Source: Candidatus Latescibacterota bacterium
Lineage (GTDB): Bacteria > Latescibacterota > UBA2968 > UBA8231
Reading direction: 5' to 3'
DNA length: 64,000 bases
Assembly (NCBI GenBank): GCA_965223905.1
Contig: CBDCXV010000009.1
Span: forward strand, 384,001-448,000
Program-made: the position numbers and the translations under genes
The notes under the pieces: model-generated
Seen by the model: only the letters and a program-made list of their open reading frames with translations
Told to the model about the DNA's origin: nothing
Databases searched by the model: none
Shown: piece after piece, positions 45,429 through 56,017 of the stretch
Layout of the letters: every line of letters begins with the position of its first letter
Numbering within the stretch: position 1 is the stretch's first letter

Positions 45429-45719
45429 TCAGTGCGAGACGTGCAGGCCCGCCTCGGCCATGCCCTCGATCAGGTGCTCGATCGCGGACGCGGGAACGTC
45501 CACGGAGCCGAGAAACGGCGAGTCCTCGGCGTGCTCCTCGATCCACTGCCGGCCCTCGTCGGTGAGCACGTCGACGCGGTAGAACGACCCCGAGTCTCGC
45601 ACCACCAGCACGTCCGGCGACTGCGCCACCATGCGCACCTCGGGCAGAACCTCGAAGCGAGGATCGCCGTTGTGGTCAAAGGAGGTCGCCCGCGCGACCT
45701 CGACGAGTACGGTCTGCAT
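45429..45719 (-). CDS. Hypothetical protein
   Basis: GGGAG RBS; 96 aa. Confidence 0.6.
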   Translation of the reverse strand: MQTVLVEVARATSFDHNGDPRFEVLPEVRMVAQSPDVLVVRDSGSFYRVDVLTDEGRQWIEEHAEDSPFLGSVDVPASAIEHLIEGMAEAGLHVSH

Positions 45720-46060
45720 TTGCTTGTTCTCCCTTATCAGGTAGTTGCCACGATGCCGCAGCGCCGGCAGCGGTGGCGGTAGACGCGGTCAGGCACGGAG
45801 ACGGCGATCCAGTCGCCGCCGTCCCGGCACAGGCACGACCACACCCAACCGGGACAGGTAGCCCGCTTGCGCTCCATCGCATCGAGGGAGCGCCGCAGGG
45901 TGACGTGTGGACGGGTGTCAGCCATCAGCCGATAACCCGGTGCCAACGCAGGCGGAAGAAGAACCGCCGCATGTAGGTGTTGAATCCGGCGGGAGTAGGT
46001 CGCGCAGCTATCGGCCCGGTGAGAGCCACAGCCCGCTGATAGGCAAGCAGGTTGAATGCG

Positions 46061-46432
46061 TTAGCCATTGCGACCGCACATGTGGACCGCGAGACGGGCA
46101 GCGGCCTCCTCGTAAGCGACGCGGGACAGGCTGTTGGTGTGGCCGCCCGCATCTTGCCAAGCGCACCACGCGGCATGTTCGGCCGCCACGGCCGCGCGGT
46201 AGCGAGCGACCGCAGAACGGATCTGGACGCGATACAGCGCCTTCCATGCGTCGATCCGGTACCGCTCCGCGTGCAGGCCGGCAACGGTCAGCCGAGGCAT
46301 ACGCGGGTGGAAGGACATAGGCACGCGCCGGACCGCCGCCCGCCCGGAGCGGAAGCGCAGATCGAGCTTTTCGTGATAGTCCGAGTCGGGGCGGCGATCC
46401 GCCGGCGGCTCAGTCTTGAAGGTCAGTGGCAT
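46061..46432 (-). CDS. Hypothetical protein
   Basis: GAGG RBS after a hairpin. Confidence 0.5.
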   Translation of the reverse strand: MPLTFKTEPPADRRPDSDYHEKLDLRFRSGRAAVRRVPMSFHPRMPRLTVAGLHAERYRIDAWKALYRVQIRSAVARYRAAVAAEHAAWCAWQDAGGHTNSLSRVAYEEAAARLAVHMCGRNG

Positions 46433-46510
46433 TGATTGGCCTCTTGTATGTGAAGGGAAACGAACAAGGCCGGAACCGATGACGTACACCGGTCCCGGCC
46501 CGCTCTCAGT

Positions 46511-47092
46511 TCAACGCTCGCTGTACCACGAGCCCCACGTCTCGCCGACACGCTCCGCATTGTCGCGGCAGTTGTCGGTCAGCTCAGTGGCAGCACGACG
46601 GGCCACAGGCTCAGAACGCCACGCCTGCTCGACAGCCCAACAGACATCACACCATCCCGCTTCATTGTGTTCAAGCGCCGAGCGACACGCGATCTGCCCC
46701 TCGACAATGCCGATCTGCAGGTAGTAGTCGCTCTCGTGATGAGAGCCTTGCAGGTGGTTGTGGACAGCCCGCTCAAGCCATTCGACGGCGCAGCGGTGAT
46801 CGGCGAAGCGGTGACCGTCAGAGTCGACAGGCCCCGCCTTGGCAGCCCACAGCTCGCTGTCGCCGTCAAGCTCGATGATGCCGCGCACGGTGTTATCGCG
46901 CCGCACCACTTTGCGTAAGGAGCGAGCCCGCAACGCGAGCGCGAGAGCCGCGGCGACCACTACATCAGGTTCGGTAGCGGTCAGGGCGCGGTAATCGTCG
47001 GCGAACACGGCGCCGGACTGCACCAGCTGGGCCACGCGACGCGCAGCAGCTCGCCGTTTGATCTGACGAACCACCACGGCCGCATCGCACAT
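46511..47092 (-). CDS. Hypothetical protein
   Basis: Co-oriented ORF; start uncertain. Confidence 0.5.
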   Translation of the reverse strand: MCDAAVVVRQIKRRAAARRVAQLVQSGAVFADDYRALTATEPDVVVAAALALALRARSLRKVVRRDNTVRGIIELDGDSELWAAKAGPVDSDGHRFADHRCAVEWLERAVHNHLQGSHHESDYYLQIGIVEGQIACRSALEHNEAGWCDVCWAVEQAWRSEPVARRAATELTDNCRDNAERVGETWGSWYSER

Positions 47093-47337
47093 GGTAATCA
47101 GGCTCAGCGTCCCCACGAGGACACCGCCCGTTCTCTCTCCTTGGCAGACCATGCGTCGAGCGCAGGGCCATACGTGAGGATCGCGGCAATCAACACCATG
47201 CCGGCGAAGAGGATGGCGGACATGCCCACCACCCTGAACGCCGAATGCCACACGCGCCGAGTAGTGCATCGGTTCATTGTGCTTTCCCTCCGGTTGAGGT
47301 TGGGGTTGCATCGGTGTTTGAGTGTAGCCATACCGGG

Positions 47338-47366
47338 ATAATACAGTTTTAATCTACGTAGAGCAA
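47338..47366 (-). promoter_or_regulatory. Sigma70 promoter of the leftward operon
   Basis: TTGCTC-17-TATTAT on the minus strand. Confidence 0.7.
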
Positions 47367-47696
47367 GCCCTTTCCTCGCGCCGGTAGTTGCGTTCAGGTC
47401 GTTTCAGGTAAGCCCGTCCGGTTTCTTAATCGAAAACGACAGGCGAACATCGCCCGGACACACGCCGCCCGCCTCGCCGGCCCGGTTCGGCCTCGACCTC
47501 GCCGCACGGCCCCATCAGGCCCGATCCGGCCCCGATTCGGGACCGCTGGACGCACCGCCAGTGCGTCCAGCGAAGCAGGGATTCAGGAGGGGGAAGCGGC
47601 CATTTTCCGGCTCCGGCCCGGAATCCGGCACGGGAGGGGAGCCGGCGAGGGTGGAGCCTTACGCAATCCCCTGAAACTGTATGGTATCTTAGGGTA

Positions 47697-47973
47697 TGGG
47701 TGAACGTATGTTCACCCAATCAGAGAACACCCGATATTTATGTTTAACGCGGGTTCTCAACTATAATGAACCGACAGGGGAGCTATAGAAACAGATTAAG
47801 CGAAATGCGGACATAGATCCTATCTTCCACAAGAAGAGCGGGGGCCGGCCTTGGGAACCGGCTCGAACAGGCGCTTCCCCGGCTCCGATACCCCCGGTTC
47901 TAATTAAGATCCTAATGAAGGAACACGGACCCACAGGTCCACACCCCGAAGCATGGGTGAACGTGCGTTCACC
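47697..47973. promoter_or_regulatory. Two GGTGAAC-N4-GTTCACC palindromes
   Basis: Located at 47697-47718 and 47956-47973. Confidence 0.65.
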
Positions 47974-48678
47974 TCTTTTTTGGTTCGTATAACTCGAGGG
48001 CGAGCGGACGTAGTCGGCGAAGGATTATAGTCAACGACACCGCCAAAAAGGCTTGGCTAAACTGGCCATTGCAGAAAAGGCTGGTACGCTTAAAAAAAAG
48101 GACGGGCCCCCCAAGAGGGAGCCCGTCTTTCACCCAACAGCACAAGGACCGGCGCTGCGTCAACAGCGATCCGGTCCACATCCATGATTGGAGGCCAAAC
48201 ATGAACGATTTGAAGGTAGTTCCCGAATGAAACACCGGGCAAGAGCGGTGGTACCAGGCCAGCAGGTATGACAAATACGATCTCCGCGGCCGGATTCCTT
48301 CACCGCGTCGGGATGATCCCCTTAATCAGGAAATCTGGGCGGCCATGGCTTCTCCCGACGCTGGACAGGGTCGTCCCGAAAAACCGAACCGGCAATGGAC
48401 GCAGCTCTTATGGGCTGCCGTCCGACGGTCCGTTTCCTGCTCCAATGCGCCGAATGAAGGATGGAGACACCCGACCTGAAAATTTTTTTTAACGGGATTT
48501 AGCCAGGAAAACAGGTTGCATTTGAAACTATAGCCTTTCAAGTCGTTTCAGGACTCGGAAAACCTGGCTGTTTCCCCGCTAAGAGCGTGTTGACTACCAA
48601 GGAAAACCACGGTTGCATAGGAGGTGTTAAGGTGACTTGACAAACCGTTCACCCTTTAAGTCATGGAGCGAAACAGGA

Positions 48679-48852
48679 ATGCCCCGGAAACCGTATTCCT
48701 TCACCGAGCAGGTCTGGTCCCGAGTCTCCCCGAAGCTGCTTCGGAGAGTGTATCAGGCGATAGAGAAAAACGAGTCCGTCGACTCGCTGGCCGCCTGGAT
48801 TCGCCTGGCCATCGTCGAGAAGCTCCACCGCGACGAGCTGATGCAGGTTTGA
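48679..48852 (+). CDS. Ribbon-helix-helix-like regulator
   Basis: VWSRVSPKLLRRV...SLAAWIRLAIVEKL; first gene of the replication operon. Confidence 0.65.
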   Translation: MPRKPYSFTEQVWSRVSPKLLRRVYQAIEKNESVDSLAAWIRLAIVEKLHRDELMQV

Positions 48853-48862
48853 GGACTTCCTG

Positions 48863-50085
48863 TTGAGCAGAACCGACGACATAGACTGGCCCGCCTCGAT
48901 GCCGGAGGTAGCCGAACGGCTGCTTGGAAAACCGACGTCGATCCAGAACGGCGGCCATGAATGGCGGTATCGCCGAAAGGGTTCGCTGGCGGTGCATGTA
49001 GGCGGTGACCGGGCAGGCCGTTGGAAGGACCACGAAAGCGGGGATGCCGGCGGCGTGCTGGACCTGATCGAAAGGGAGCGCGGTTGCGATCACGCCGCGG
49101 CCATGAAGTGGCTGGAAGGCGAAGGGCTGATACCGGCCAAGTCAGACCGACGTCGACGTCGAACCGGGGCGGCCCCGACGGGGCCGCCCGCCAAAGCCGC
49201 TCAGAAGCCGGGTGAGCGCCTGTTTGCGGACTCCACCTCGACCCTGCCCGCACCGACGAAGACCGTCAGAAGATTGCCTACGCAGGCTGGATATGGAATG
49301 CGGGGGTTCCCGCCGACGACACCCCCGGACGCATCTATGCGTCGATGACGCGGTGGGTCTGGCCCGGCGTCGAGGTGACCGAATCTCCGAATCTGCCCGA
49401 AGCCGTGCGCTGGTTGTCCCGGGGAGCCGCAGAAGCCCGCGATCCCGAAACCGGCAGGCCCCTGCTGTGGCTGCCCCCAGGCGCCGCCGGCGCCCTGCTG
49501 TTCGCGTTCACCGACGCGGCCGGCCACGTCGTCGCCGTGCACTTCGAGGCCCTGACCGCGGCCGGAGAGCTTGTTCCCTATACCGACCGCGACGGCCAGC
49601 GACATAAGCGATACGAGCGGACTCGAGGGCGCAAGGACGACGGGTACATGCAACTGTCTCCTCGAAGACCCCATGAGCCTCTGCTTGTCCTGGTCGAGGG
49701 CCCTATGGACGCATTGGTGGCAACCTGGTTACAGCCCGGCGCTGTGGTGTGGTGCTGTGGGGGCCGCCTGAAGTTTCCAGCCGACCTGCCCGACGGCGGC
49801 TACGCCGTGCGCATCGAAGCAGACGGCGATGACCCCGGACGGACGGCAGCGGCCGAAGTGCGCGATGCCCTGGAGCTCGAGGGCGTATCAGTGGAGGTGA
49901 ATTGGCGGACCAAGGGAGACCTGGCAGAGGAATGGCCAGACACGCTGCACTACGAGCGTATTGAGCGTGCGGCCCTTCTGGAGATCGACGGGGAACTGAC
50001 CCGGGAAGAAGCCGAAGCCGCCGCCGCCCAAGCCTGGCCGACAAGCCGGCTGTGGGAATTATGGATGAAGCCCAGGAGCGAATGA
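48863..50085 (+). pseudogene. DNA primase (TOPRIM), split by one frameshift near 49220
   Basis: GRWKDHESGDAGGVLDLI; LVLVEGPMDAL; ADGDDPG; the second frame is already protein-like from ~49231. Confidence 0.8.
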
Positions 50086-51317
50086 AAGAAGCCCAACAAA
50101 ACGGAGAGGTTCCCACGACCGCCAAGCCTTGGCAGGACGAAGCCCGCGAATTCTTCAATGAGTGGGAAACGCGACGAAATGATCGCAACGCAGCTCCGCG
50201 GAGTTTGGAGCGGCTGCGCAGCTTGGCTTTCCCCCCTGAAAAACCCGCCCCGAGTGACGAACTATCGGACGTCGAAATCCTGGATGCAGCCCACAAGGCA
50301 TGGAAGGAAAACCCCGACGACCCGGCAGTTATTCGCAACCTGCTCAAACCGCCGCTGCTTCAACCGATGACCAAATGGCAAAACGCCACAGATCCGCCCC
50401 CCATTATGTGGCACGACCACCCGGATGACCGTTATGCCCACAGCGTAGTGTCAGAGGGGGAAGTCGGCATCCTGAGCAGTGCCGGCGGAACCGGCAAGTC
50501 CTACCTGTCCCTGGCGTGGGCTCATGCGGCCTGCGCGGCCTATGCGCAAAGGGAAGAATTTGGAACCGCCTGCGGTATGCGAGTAGCTGCCGGCCCGGTT
50601 GCCGTGATCAGCTACGAGGATACTCCGGAACGCATTGCGGTGCGCCTGAAGGCCATAGGCGGCGGCCCGATTCCGGGCGCCCTGCATGTGTGGGAGTATC
50701 CGAACCCCTTGTGGCACGCCGAGGCCGAACAGGGAGGCGGCAGTTTCCCGGCAAAGCAGTGGGGTGACTTGTGGGACCAGATCCGTCAGATCAAGGCAAA
50801 GCTGCTGATAATTGACCCGGCATCGGCCGCACTCGCCGACGTGTCTACCTCAGAAACCGGTCCAGTACGCGCCTTCCTGCGCGAGTTGGCCAAAGAAGCA
50901 AAACGGGCCGGATGCGGTGTTCTGATCGTAGGCCACAATACCAAAGCGGCCCGCATAGCCATAGCACAAGGCGACCTGGAGACGGGGGCCGCAGACCCGA
51001 TAGCCGGTTCGTCGGTGTGGTATGACGGTGCCCGCGGGGTGCTCCTGTTGGCGCGCGACCGGCTATCCAAGCCCGATCGCGTATTGGTTTCGGTCAAGTC
51101 CAACTACGGTGGCATGGGCTGGGGAGCCCGCCTGAAGGAACGGTTCAACGACGAGAAGAAGTTCGCCGGCCTGGAACTGGCAACTCGTATGGACTCCGAG
51201 GCAGTGGAGGGATGGTGCGAGGACGTGAGAAAAAAGAAGAAACCCAACAGACCGAAACCGTCCCCAGAGGACAATTCTGACCCCAATCCGAAACCGGAGA
51301 GGGTTACTGCCGCATGA
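50052..51317 (+). CDS. AAA_25 / RepA-like replicative helicase
   Basis: SAGGTGKS, SYED, LIIDP, GHNTK, KSNYG. Confidence 0.88.
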   Translation: MGIMDEAQERMKEAQQNGEVPTTAKPWQDEAREFFNEWETRRNDRNAAPRSLERLRSLAFPPEKPAPSDELSDVEILDAAHKAWKENPDDPAVIRNLLKPPLLQPMTKWQNATDPPPIMWHDHPDDRYAHSVVSEGEVGILSSAGGTGKSYLSLAWAHAACAAYAQREEFGTACGMRVAAGPVAVISYEDTPERIAVRLKAIGGGPIPGALHVWEYPNPLWHAEAEQGGGSFPAKQWGDLWDQIRQIKAKLLIIDPASAALADVSTSETGPVRAFLRELAKEAKRAGCGVLIVGHNTKAARIAIAQGDLETGAADPIAGSSVWYDGARGVLLLARDRLSKPDRVLVSVKSNYGGMGWGARLKERFNDEKKFAGLELATRMDSEAVEGWCEDVRKKKKPNRPKPSPEDNSDPNPKPERVTAA

Positions 51318-53074
51318 AATCCAAACAGCGGAAGGTAGCTCGCGGGCAAAACGAAAACGCTCTACAAGCTGCCCTGGACTTCCCGGAAGAGGCAAGGGAA
51401 AAAGCCTTGCGTCCTGCGCAGCTGGCGAAGTGGAGCGCACTGGACCCCCAGGGTTTTCCCGATGCCATCGCTTTGGTGGCGTCCCTTCGCCAGCTAGGCG
51501 ATTGGCAAGCCCGGCTGCACGACTGGTGGGAACTGATGCGGTTTCCGGCGGAAGCCGAGCCTCCCTCTGGTCCTGGCCCGGTTCACGAAATCAATGGAAG
51601 GAAATTCGACTTGGAGTTCAGGGAGAGGGTGTACGTCCTCCCCCGCGAGGCCCTAGCGGATTTGTCCCGCGAAGACCCTGACCGAGCGGAACGATGGAAA
51701 ACGACAGTGGAAAAGATTTCCAAAACCACCATCGAGGAGCCGATCCACGACGAGCCGGATTGGGAAAAGGTCCTTCCTCAACCGCTTACCGAGGAAGATG
51801 GGGCGGATCTGGCCGAAACCCTTATGCGCCTCGAGACCCGATTTCGCGGGTTCATGTTGAAGAAGTTTCCCTGGCATCCCTTGCCCCCTGTGAATCCGAA
51901 AGGGGTCGCTGCGTGGACCTCCTTGGCCGAAAAAATGCGAAAGGCCCCCGTCAACGCAGATGGCTTGTCAATGCTTGCCCAGGTGAGCCAAAAGGGAGAA
52001 TTCGAACAGAGGCATAAAGTCCTGTGCAAATCCCTGGCGCCGGTGCGCACCGTGCGTCCTGTGGAAAAATCGGTTCTCCCCAACAAAACCCGATTTCCGG
52101 CACTTGGGTTTTCGCAGCAACCCGACTGCCAACTGTACCTGCCTGGATTGGATCCGGTTCCGAATCGGCTGCCTGTGCCCTGTATCCCCCTGATCCTTTT
52201 TGATGAAAACCCGGCATGTCAAGAGCTCTACCACGGCAGCGGTGTTCCGCTTCCTTTGCGGCTTTTCGTTGAGGTATTGCTGGCGTTCGGGGCTCGCCAG
52301 ACGGAGACCCCCCAACCACTGCTATGCACCTTGCGCCAGCTGGTTGATGGCCTATGGCCGAAGGGTTGGCGGCGGCGCCAGGATTGGCCCAGGCTGAAAC
52401 GCAGCTTGGATCTCCTGACCGTGTCCGGCGTCGAGTGGAATAATGAGAAAAAGGGTGGTATTTGGCGACCCATCACCGTGCGGAACGTGCCCCGCGACGG
52501 GGCGGCTTTGGATGACATAATACGGTTCGAGATTCTACTGCCACCCAATAGCCATCAAGGTCCCCTGGTGGATCGTAGCGTTACGCGGATACTCGGCTTG
52601 GGCTCGGCCCCGGCGTATCGGCTTTACCTGGCCGTCTGCTATCTGTGGGACCAGCGTGCCACGTACCGAGGTCGGTTGATCGATTCAACCAAACCGAAGG
52701 TTCTCCGCAACCAGGAAGGCCATCTGGTAAATGCTCATAACGAACCGATTGTTTCCCAAGGCCGTTTCACCAAAAACGCCACTCACAAGCGCGCCGTGAG
52801 GACGGGGGGGCGCGAACGAAATGAGGAGGGCATCAGCCGGGGGTACCCGGCTCTGACTGATCAGGATGTGGAAGCGATGGCCTATCCTGCCGGAAGCAGG
52901 GAAAAGCTGACGAGGCAAGCCCAAAGCAACCGCCGGGTTCGTGCTCGCCAAGCCGTTCACAGGATAGTGAAAGTGGGCGGCGCAATTCTTGAAGAGCTAC
53001 CCGACAACACGGTGCGGTTTCTGCCACCGCGCAGTCACAAGGCTGCCCACGATGCCCGCGCCAGGGCCGCATGA
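51314..53074 (+). CDS. Putative replication initiator
   Basis: Coupled to the helicase; wHTH-like TLRQLV...RLKRSL and SAPAYRLY; iterons immediately downstream. Confidence 0.55.
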   Translation: MKSKQRKVARGQNENALQAALDFPEEAREKALRPAQLAKWSALDPQGFPDAIALVASLRQLGDWQARLHDWWELMRFPAEAEPPSGPGPVHEINGRKFDLEFRERVYVLPREALADLSREDPDRAERWKTTVEKISKTTIEEPIHDEPDWEKVLPQPLTEEDGADLAETLMRLETRFRGFMLKKFPWHPLPPVNPKGVAAWTSLAEKMRKAPVNADGLSMLAQVSQKGEFEQRHKVLCKSLAPVRTVRPVEKSVLPNKTRFPALGFSQQPDCQLYLPGLDPVPNRLPVPCIPLILFDENPACQELYHGSGVPLPLRLFVEVLLAFGARQTETPQPLLCTLRQLVDGLWPKGWRRRQDWPRLKRSLDLLTVSGVEWNNEKKGGIWRPITVRNVPRDGAALDDIIRFEILLPPNSHQGPLVDRSVTRILGLGSAPAYRLYLAVCYLWDQRATYRGRLIDSTKPKVLRNQEGHLVNAHNEPIVSQGRFTKNATHKRAVRTGGRERNEEGISRGYPALTDQDVEAMAYPAGSREKLTRQAQSNRRVRARQAVHRIVKVGGAILEELPDNTVRFLPPRSHKAAHDARARAA

Positions 53075-53086
53075 ATCAGGGAAAAA

Positions 53087-53254
53087 ATGTCCACCTACTA
53101 TGCGTACCCAATCAGCCCAAAGGACCTTTTTTGGGACCTGAAATCAGGATTTCCTCAGGATTGACTTGGAAAAACACGAGAAGGATGTGTTTCCAGCCAA
53201 TTTTGGGGGAGGTACGCATAGTAGGTGGACATCGTACGCATAGTAGGTGGACAT
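53087..53254. repeat. 22-bp iteron-like repeats (one inverted, two tandem)
   Basis: GTACGCATAGTAGGTGGACAT at 53212-53232 and 53234-53254; reverse complement at 53087-53107. Confidence 0.85.
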
Positions 53255-53505
53255 GTGCTCTCCTGACGAAGGCCGATCCCCATATACCCCAGTACCCCCA
53301 GTACCTGGGGGTGCTGGGGGAAGGAAACGGCGCGCTTTGAAACGCGCGCCGTTCCTTCCCCAGAGCCTCGTTGCCGGCCGCCGCCCGAAAAATCGCCTTC
53401 CGGCCACCCGGAAAGCAGCCGTAGGCGAGACGGGGCGTTGGACCCTATCTTTGATATGCTTGAGAGGGTGAGATTTGGAAAAATCTGGGGAAAAAACGAT
53501 GAGCC

Positions 53506-54345
53506 TCACTTCGGAGCAGGCGGCGGTGGATCGGGATCTGCACGATTTTCCTGTCCGGGAGGTTGAGTATTCAGAACTCTTCTCAGACGCCGAATTAGGT
53601 GTTCACCGAGTCGAAGACGTGATTCTTCTAGAACATGCAGCGCGAACTCTTGAAGGACCGATTCGTGAACTCGAACGCCGTGAAACTCGTATGTTAAGGG
53701 ATCTTCGGTATATCCTCGGGTCTCAGGTCGATCCAAAATCTTCTTTTGAGAATGCCACAGAACAACAACGTCTGTTTGTCTGTCAGCAATTGGAACCAGT
53801 AGCGGACCTATTACGTAGTCGCCACACCCTGGAAACTTTGCTCCCACTTCTGAGGATCTGTACCCAGTCAATACAGCATGCCCTTCATCGAAAGCGTTCT
53901 TTACTTGGTCTGTTATTGGAGGAGAAGGAGGGGTCCTCCAATATTCCTCCATCCTAATTCTCTGGGTTGGCCTCTCCAGCGCCACAACAGTCTGCAATCT
54001 CTGAATTAGGTGTTCACCGAGTGGAAGACGTGATTTTTCTAGAACATGCAGCGCGAATTGTTGAAGGCCCAATTCGCAAACTTGAGCACCGTGAAACTCG
54101 GAGGGGTTGGCATGTTCTTGTCCCAGTTTGATTGGCGCAGCCTTCCATTGGGAGTGCCACAGAACAACAGCAGCACGGTTGTCAGCAAATGGAATCAGTA
54201 GCGGGCCTTTTGCGTGGCGGCTACACCCTGGGAACACCTCTTCCACTTCTGATAATCTGTACCTGGGCAATACAACATGCCCTTCTTCGAAGGCGTACAC
54301 TGCTTGCTCTGTTAGTGGACGAAGAAGGGCATCTCCCCATTTCAT
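53506..54345 (-). CDS. Hypothetical protein made of a tandemly duplicated ~137-aa domain
   Basis: AFEEGHVVL / AFDEGHAVL and FALHVLEKSRL / FALHVLEESRL; the DNA is also duplicated. Confidence 0.75.
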   Translation of the reverse strand: MKWGDALLRPLTEQAVYAFEEGHVVLPRYRLSEVEEVFPGCSRHAKGPLLIPFADNRAAVVLWHSQWKAAPIKLGQEHANPSEFHGAQVCELGLQQFALHVLEKSRLPLGEHLIQRLQTVVALERPTQRIRMEEYWRTPPSPPITDQVKNAFDEGHAVLTGYRSSEVGAKFPGCGDYVIGPLLVPIADRQTDVVVLWHSQKKILDRPETRGYTEDPLTYEFHGVRVHESVLQEFALHVLEESRLRLGEHLIRRLRRVLNTQPPGQENRADPDPPPPAPK

Positions 54346-55252
54346 GGGTAAATTTTCTTTCAGGTTGACCTAACGCGGTTAGTGGAAAAAGAGGAGGTGC
54401 TCTTGCTGCAACCAGGGTTCTTCACCCGCTTATTTCCGGAAAAGAAGCCCCCAAAAGAAACGTAGAGGGACGGTATGGGGCAACCTTTCCATTTAGGAAA
54501 GCAAACCCCCTCATCCACCCATGCCCTCCCCTGATCCGCGTTGGATCGGCTCGTCGCTCCAGAACTTTCAGCAGAACCCACGCCGGCAGCCCGCCACCAG
54601 AACGGGAACGACGACCCCGAGAATCGGTCCCAGTAAGCCCCCGATGGCCCCCACCATGCGGCGGCCATCCCCAGAACCGCGTAGCCGAAAACCAGAAGCG
54701 GCCAGCGGCGGTGTCCCGAATCGTCGCAGTCGATCCCCGACCTGAGCGCCACGAGCCCCGATTCGTCCTCGATTCACTTCCCCCCGTCACGCCGGCGACG
54801 AGCCGATTGAACGCGGTTGCGGGGCTTCCAGGGTCGCCCGGCGGCCTTGTCAGCCGGCGCTGAGCGTCGTTCCCCTGAAACAATCTGGACCGCTACGGGC
54901 ATGAAAAACCCCGTTTGCATCCGAATCGCCACCCGATTAGAATTGGTGCTGCCACATATCAACGAGAAACCCGATGTGCCGGGTTTTTCGCTGAATACAA
55001 CAGCCAGAAATTCCCGGCATAGGGGTAGCTCCCCGGTGCTTGGCGAATAGGCGGAACCACATCGTTCTCGTTGATGGTGGCAGGGCCCGGCAACCCTTTT
55101 TTAACAGCCGGGCTTCCTCTCATCCTTTCAGGAGGACGACCCATGCGCTGTGATCTCGCACCCCCCCCCTTCCGCACCACCGGCTGAACCCGCTCAACAG
55201 CTAGACGAGAGACCGGTCCCCTCCGGGATCCTTTCTCGCACGTCCCTACAAA

Positions 55253-55594
55253 ATGGAAACGGCTCCAAAAGCCTGGATGTACGTGAGCCTGTTCGGTGCC
55301 TTTATCGGCTTCGCGATAGGCACTTTTTCCGAATGGGTGGATGAGTGGATGCACAAGCTCCGAATGCTCACCGCGGCCCTGGGCGGCGCCCTCGGCGCCC
55401 TGGCCTACTTCCTGATCTGGGTCCCGTGGACCCTCGACGAAGTCTGCGGCCTTCACCCGCTCGGCTTGTTCCTGGCAGCCTTGATCGGGGGGCTTATCGG
55501 CTGGGTTCACGGGCCGAAAAAGACCGATGAAGAACGACGAAAGGAATCCGTAGAAGCCCACCGGGAGGCGCTGCGGAGAGACGGGCTGATGTAA
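55253..55594 (+). CDS. Small membrane protein
   Basis: Three glycine-rich hydrophobic segments. Confidence 0.6.
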   Translation: METAPKAWMYVSLFGAFIGFAIGTFSEWVDEWMHKLRMLTAALGGALGALAYFLIWVPWTLDEVCGLHPLGLFLAALIGGLIGWVHGPKKTDEERRKESVEAHREALRRDGLM

Positions 55595-55905
55595 TGGGGC
55601 AAGCCGAAGCCGATCAGAGACGGAAAGAAAACCAAGCCCGCCGGCAGATGCTGCCGCTAGCGTGGGAATTGAAGCACCAGTGGACGCAGGCCCGCCCGAA
55701 GATGGTGGAGGAGATGAGGGCGGGGGGGGTCTTGTTCCAGTTATTGGAACAGGCCGGGAACCGGGGAGCGGCGATGTACGACCGCCTGAGGGACAAGCAG
55801 GGGCTGAGCCACGAACAGGCGATGGAGCTGGTCTACGACGACCTTCAGAAGCTGCCGGAGGAGAACCAGAAGGAACTGGGGGGGCCGGTGCTCCCCTACA
55901 GCTAA
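55594..55905 (+). CDS. TnpV-like protein
   Basis: RPKMVEEMRAGGVL...AMELVYDDL. Confidence 0.5.
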   Translation: MGQAEADQRRKENQARRQMLPLAWELKHQWTQARPKMVEEMRAGGVLFQLLEQAGNRGAAMYDRLRDKQGLSHEQAMELVYDDLQKLPEENQKELGGPVLPYS

Positions 55906-56017
55906 AACGGCTACTAACCGGAAGCCTCTCCAAATTTGCAAGGGCTTGGTGAGGCGGGGGCCGCGCCCGCCCGGCGGCATCTTCCCCACCACTTCCCCAA
56001 GGAGAGGGAGGGAAGAA

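Noticed and set aside
53087-53254. 22-bp repeats as a mini-CRISPR
   Set aside because: Copies are directly adjacent or inverted with no spacers; this fits iterons.
54780-55250. Possible P4 CI/C4-like antisense RNA or other structured RNA
   Set aside because: GC-rich hairpins are present but I cannot fit a consensus; an Infernal search would be needed.
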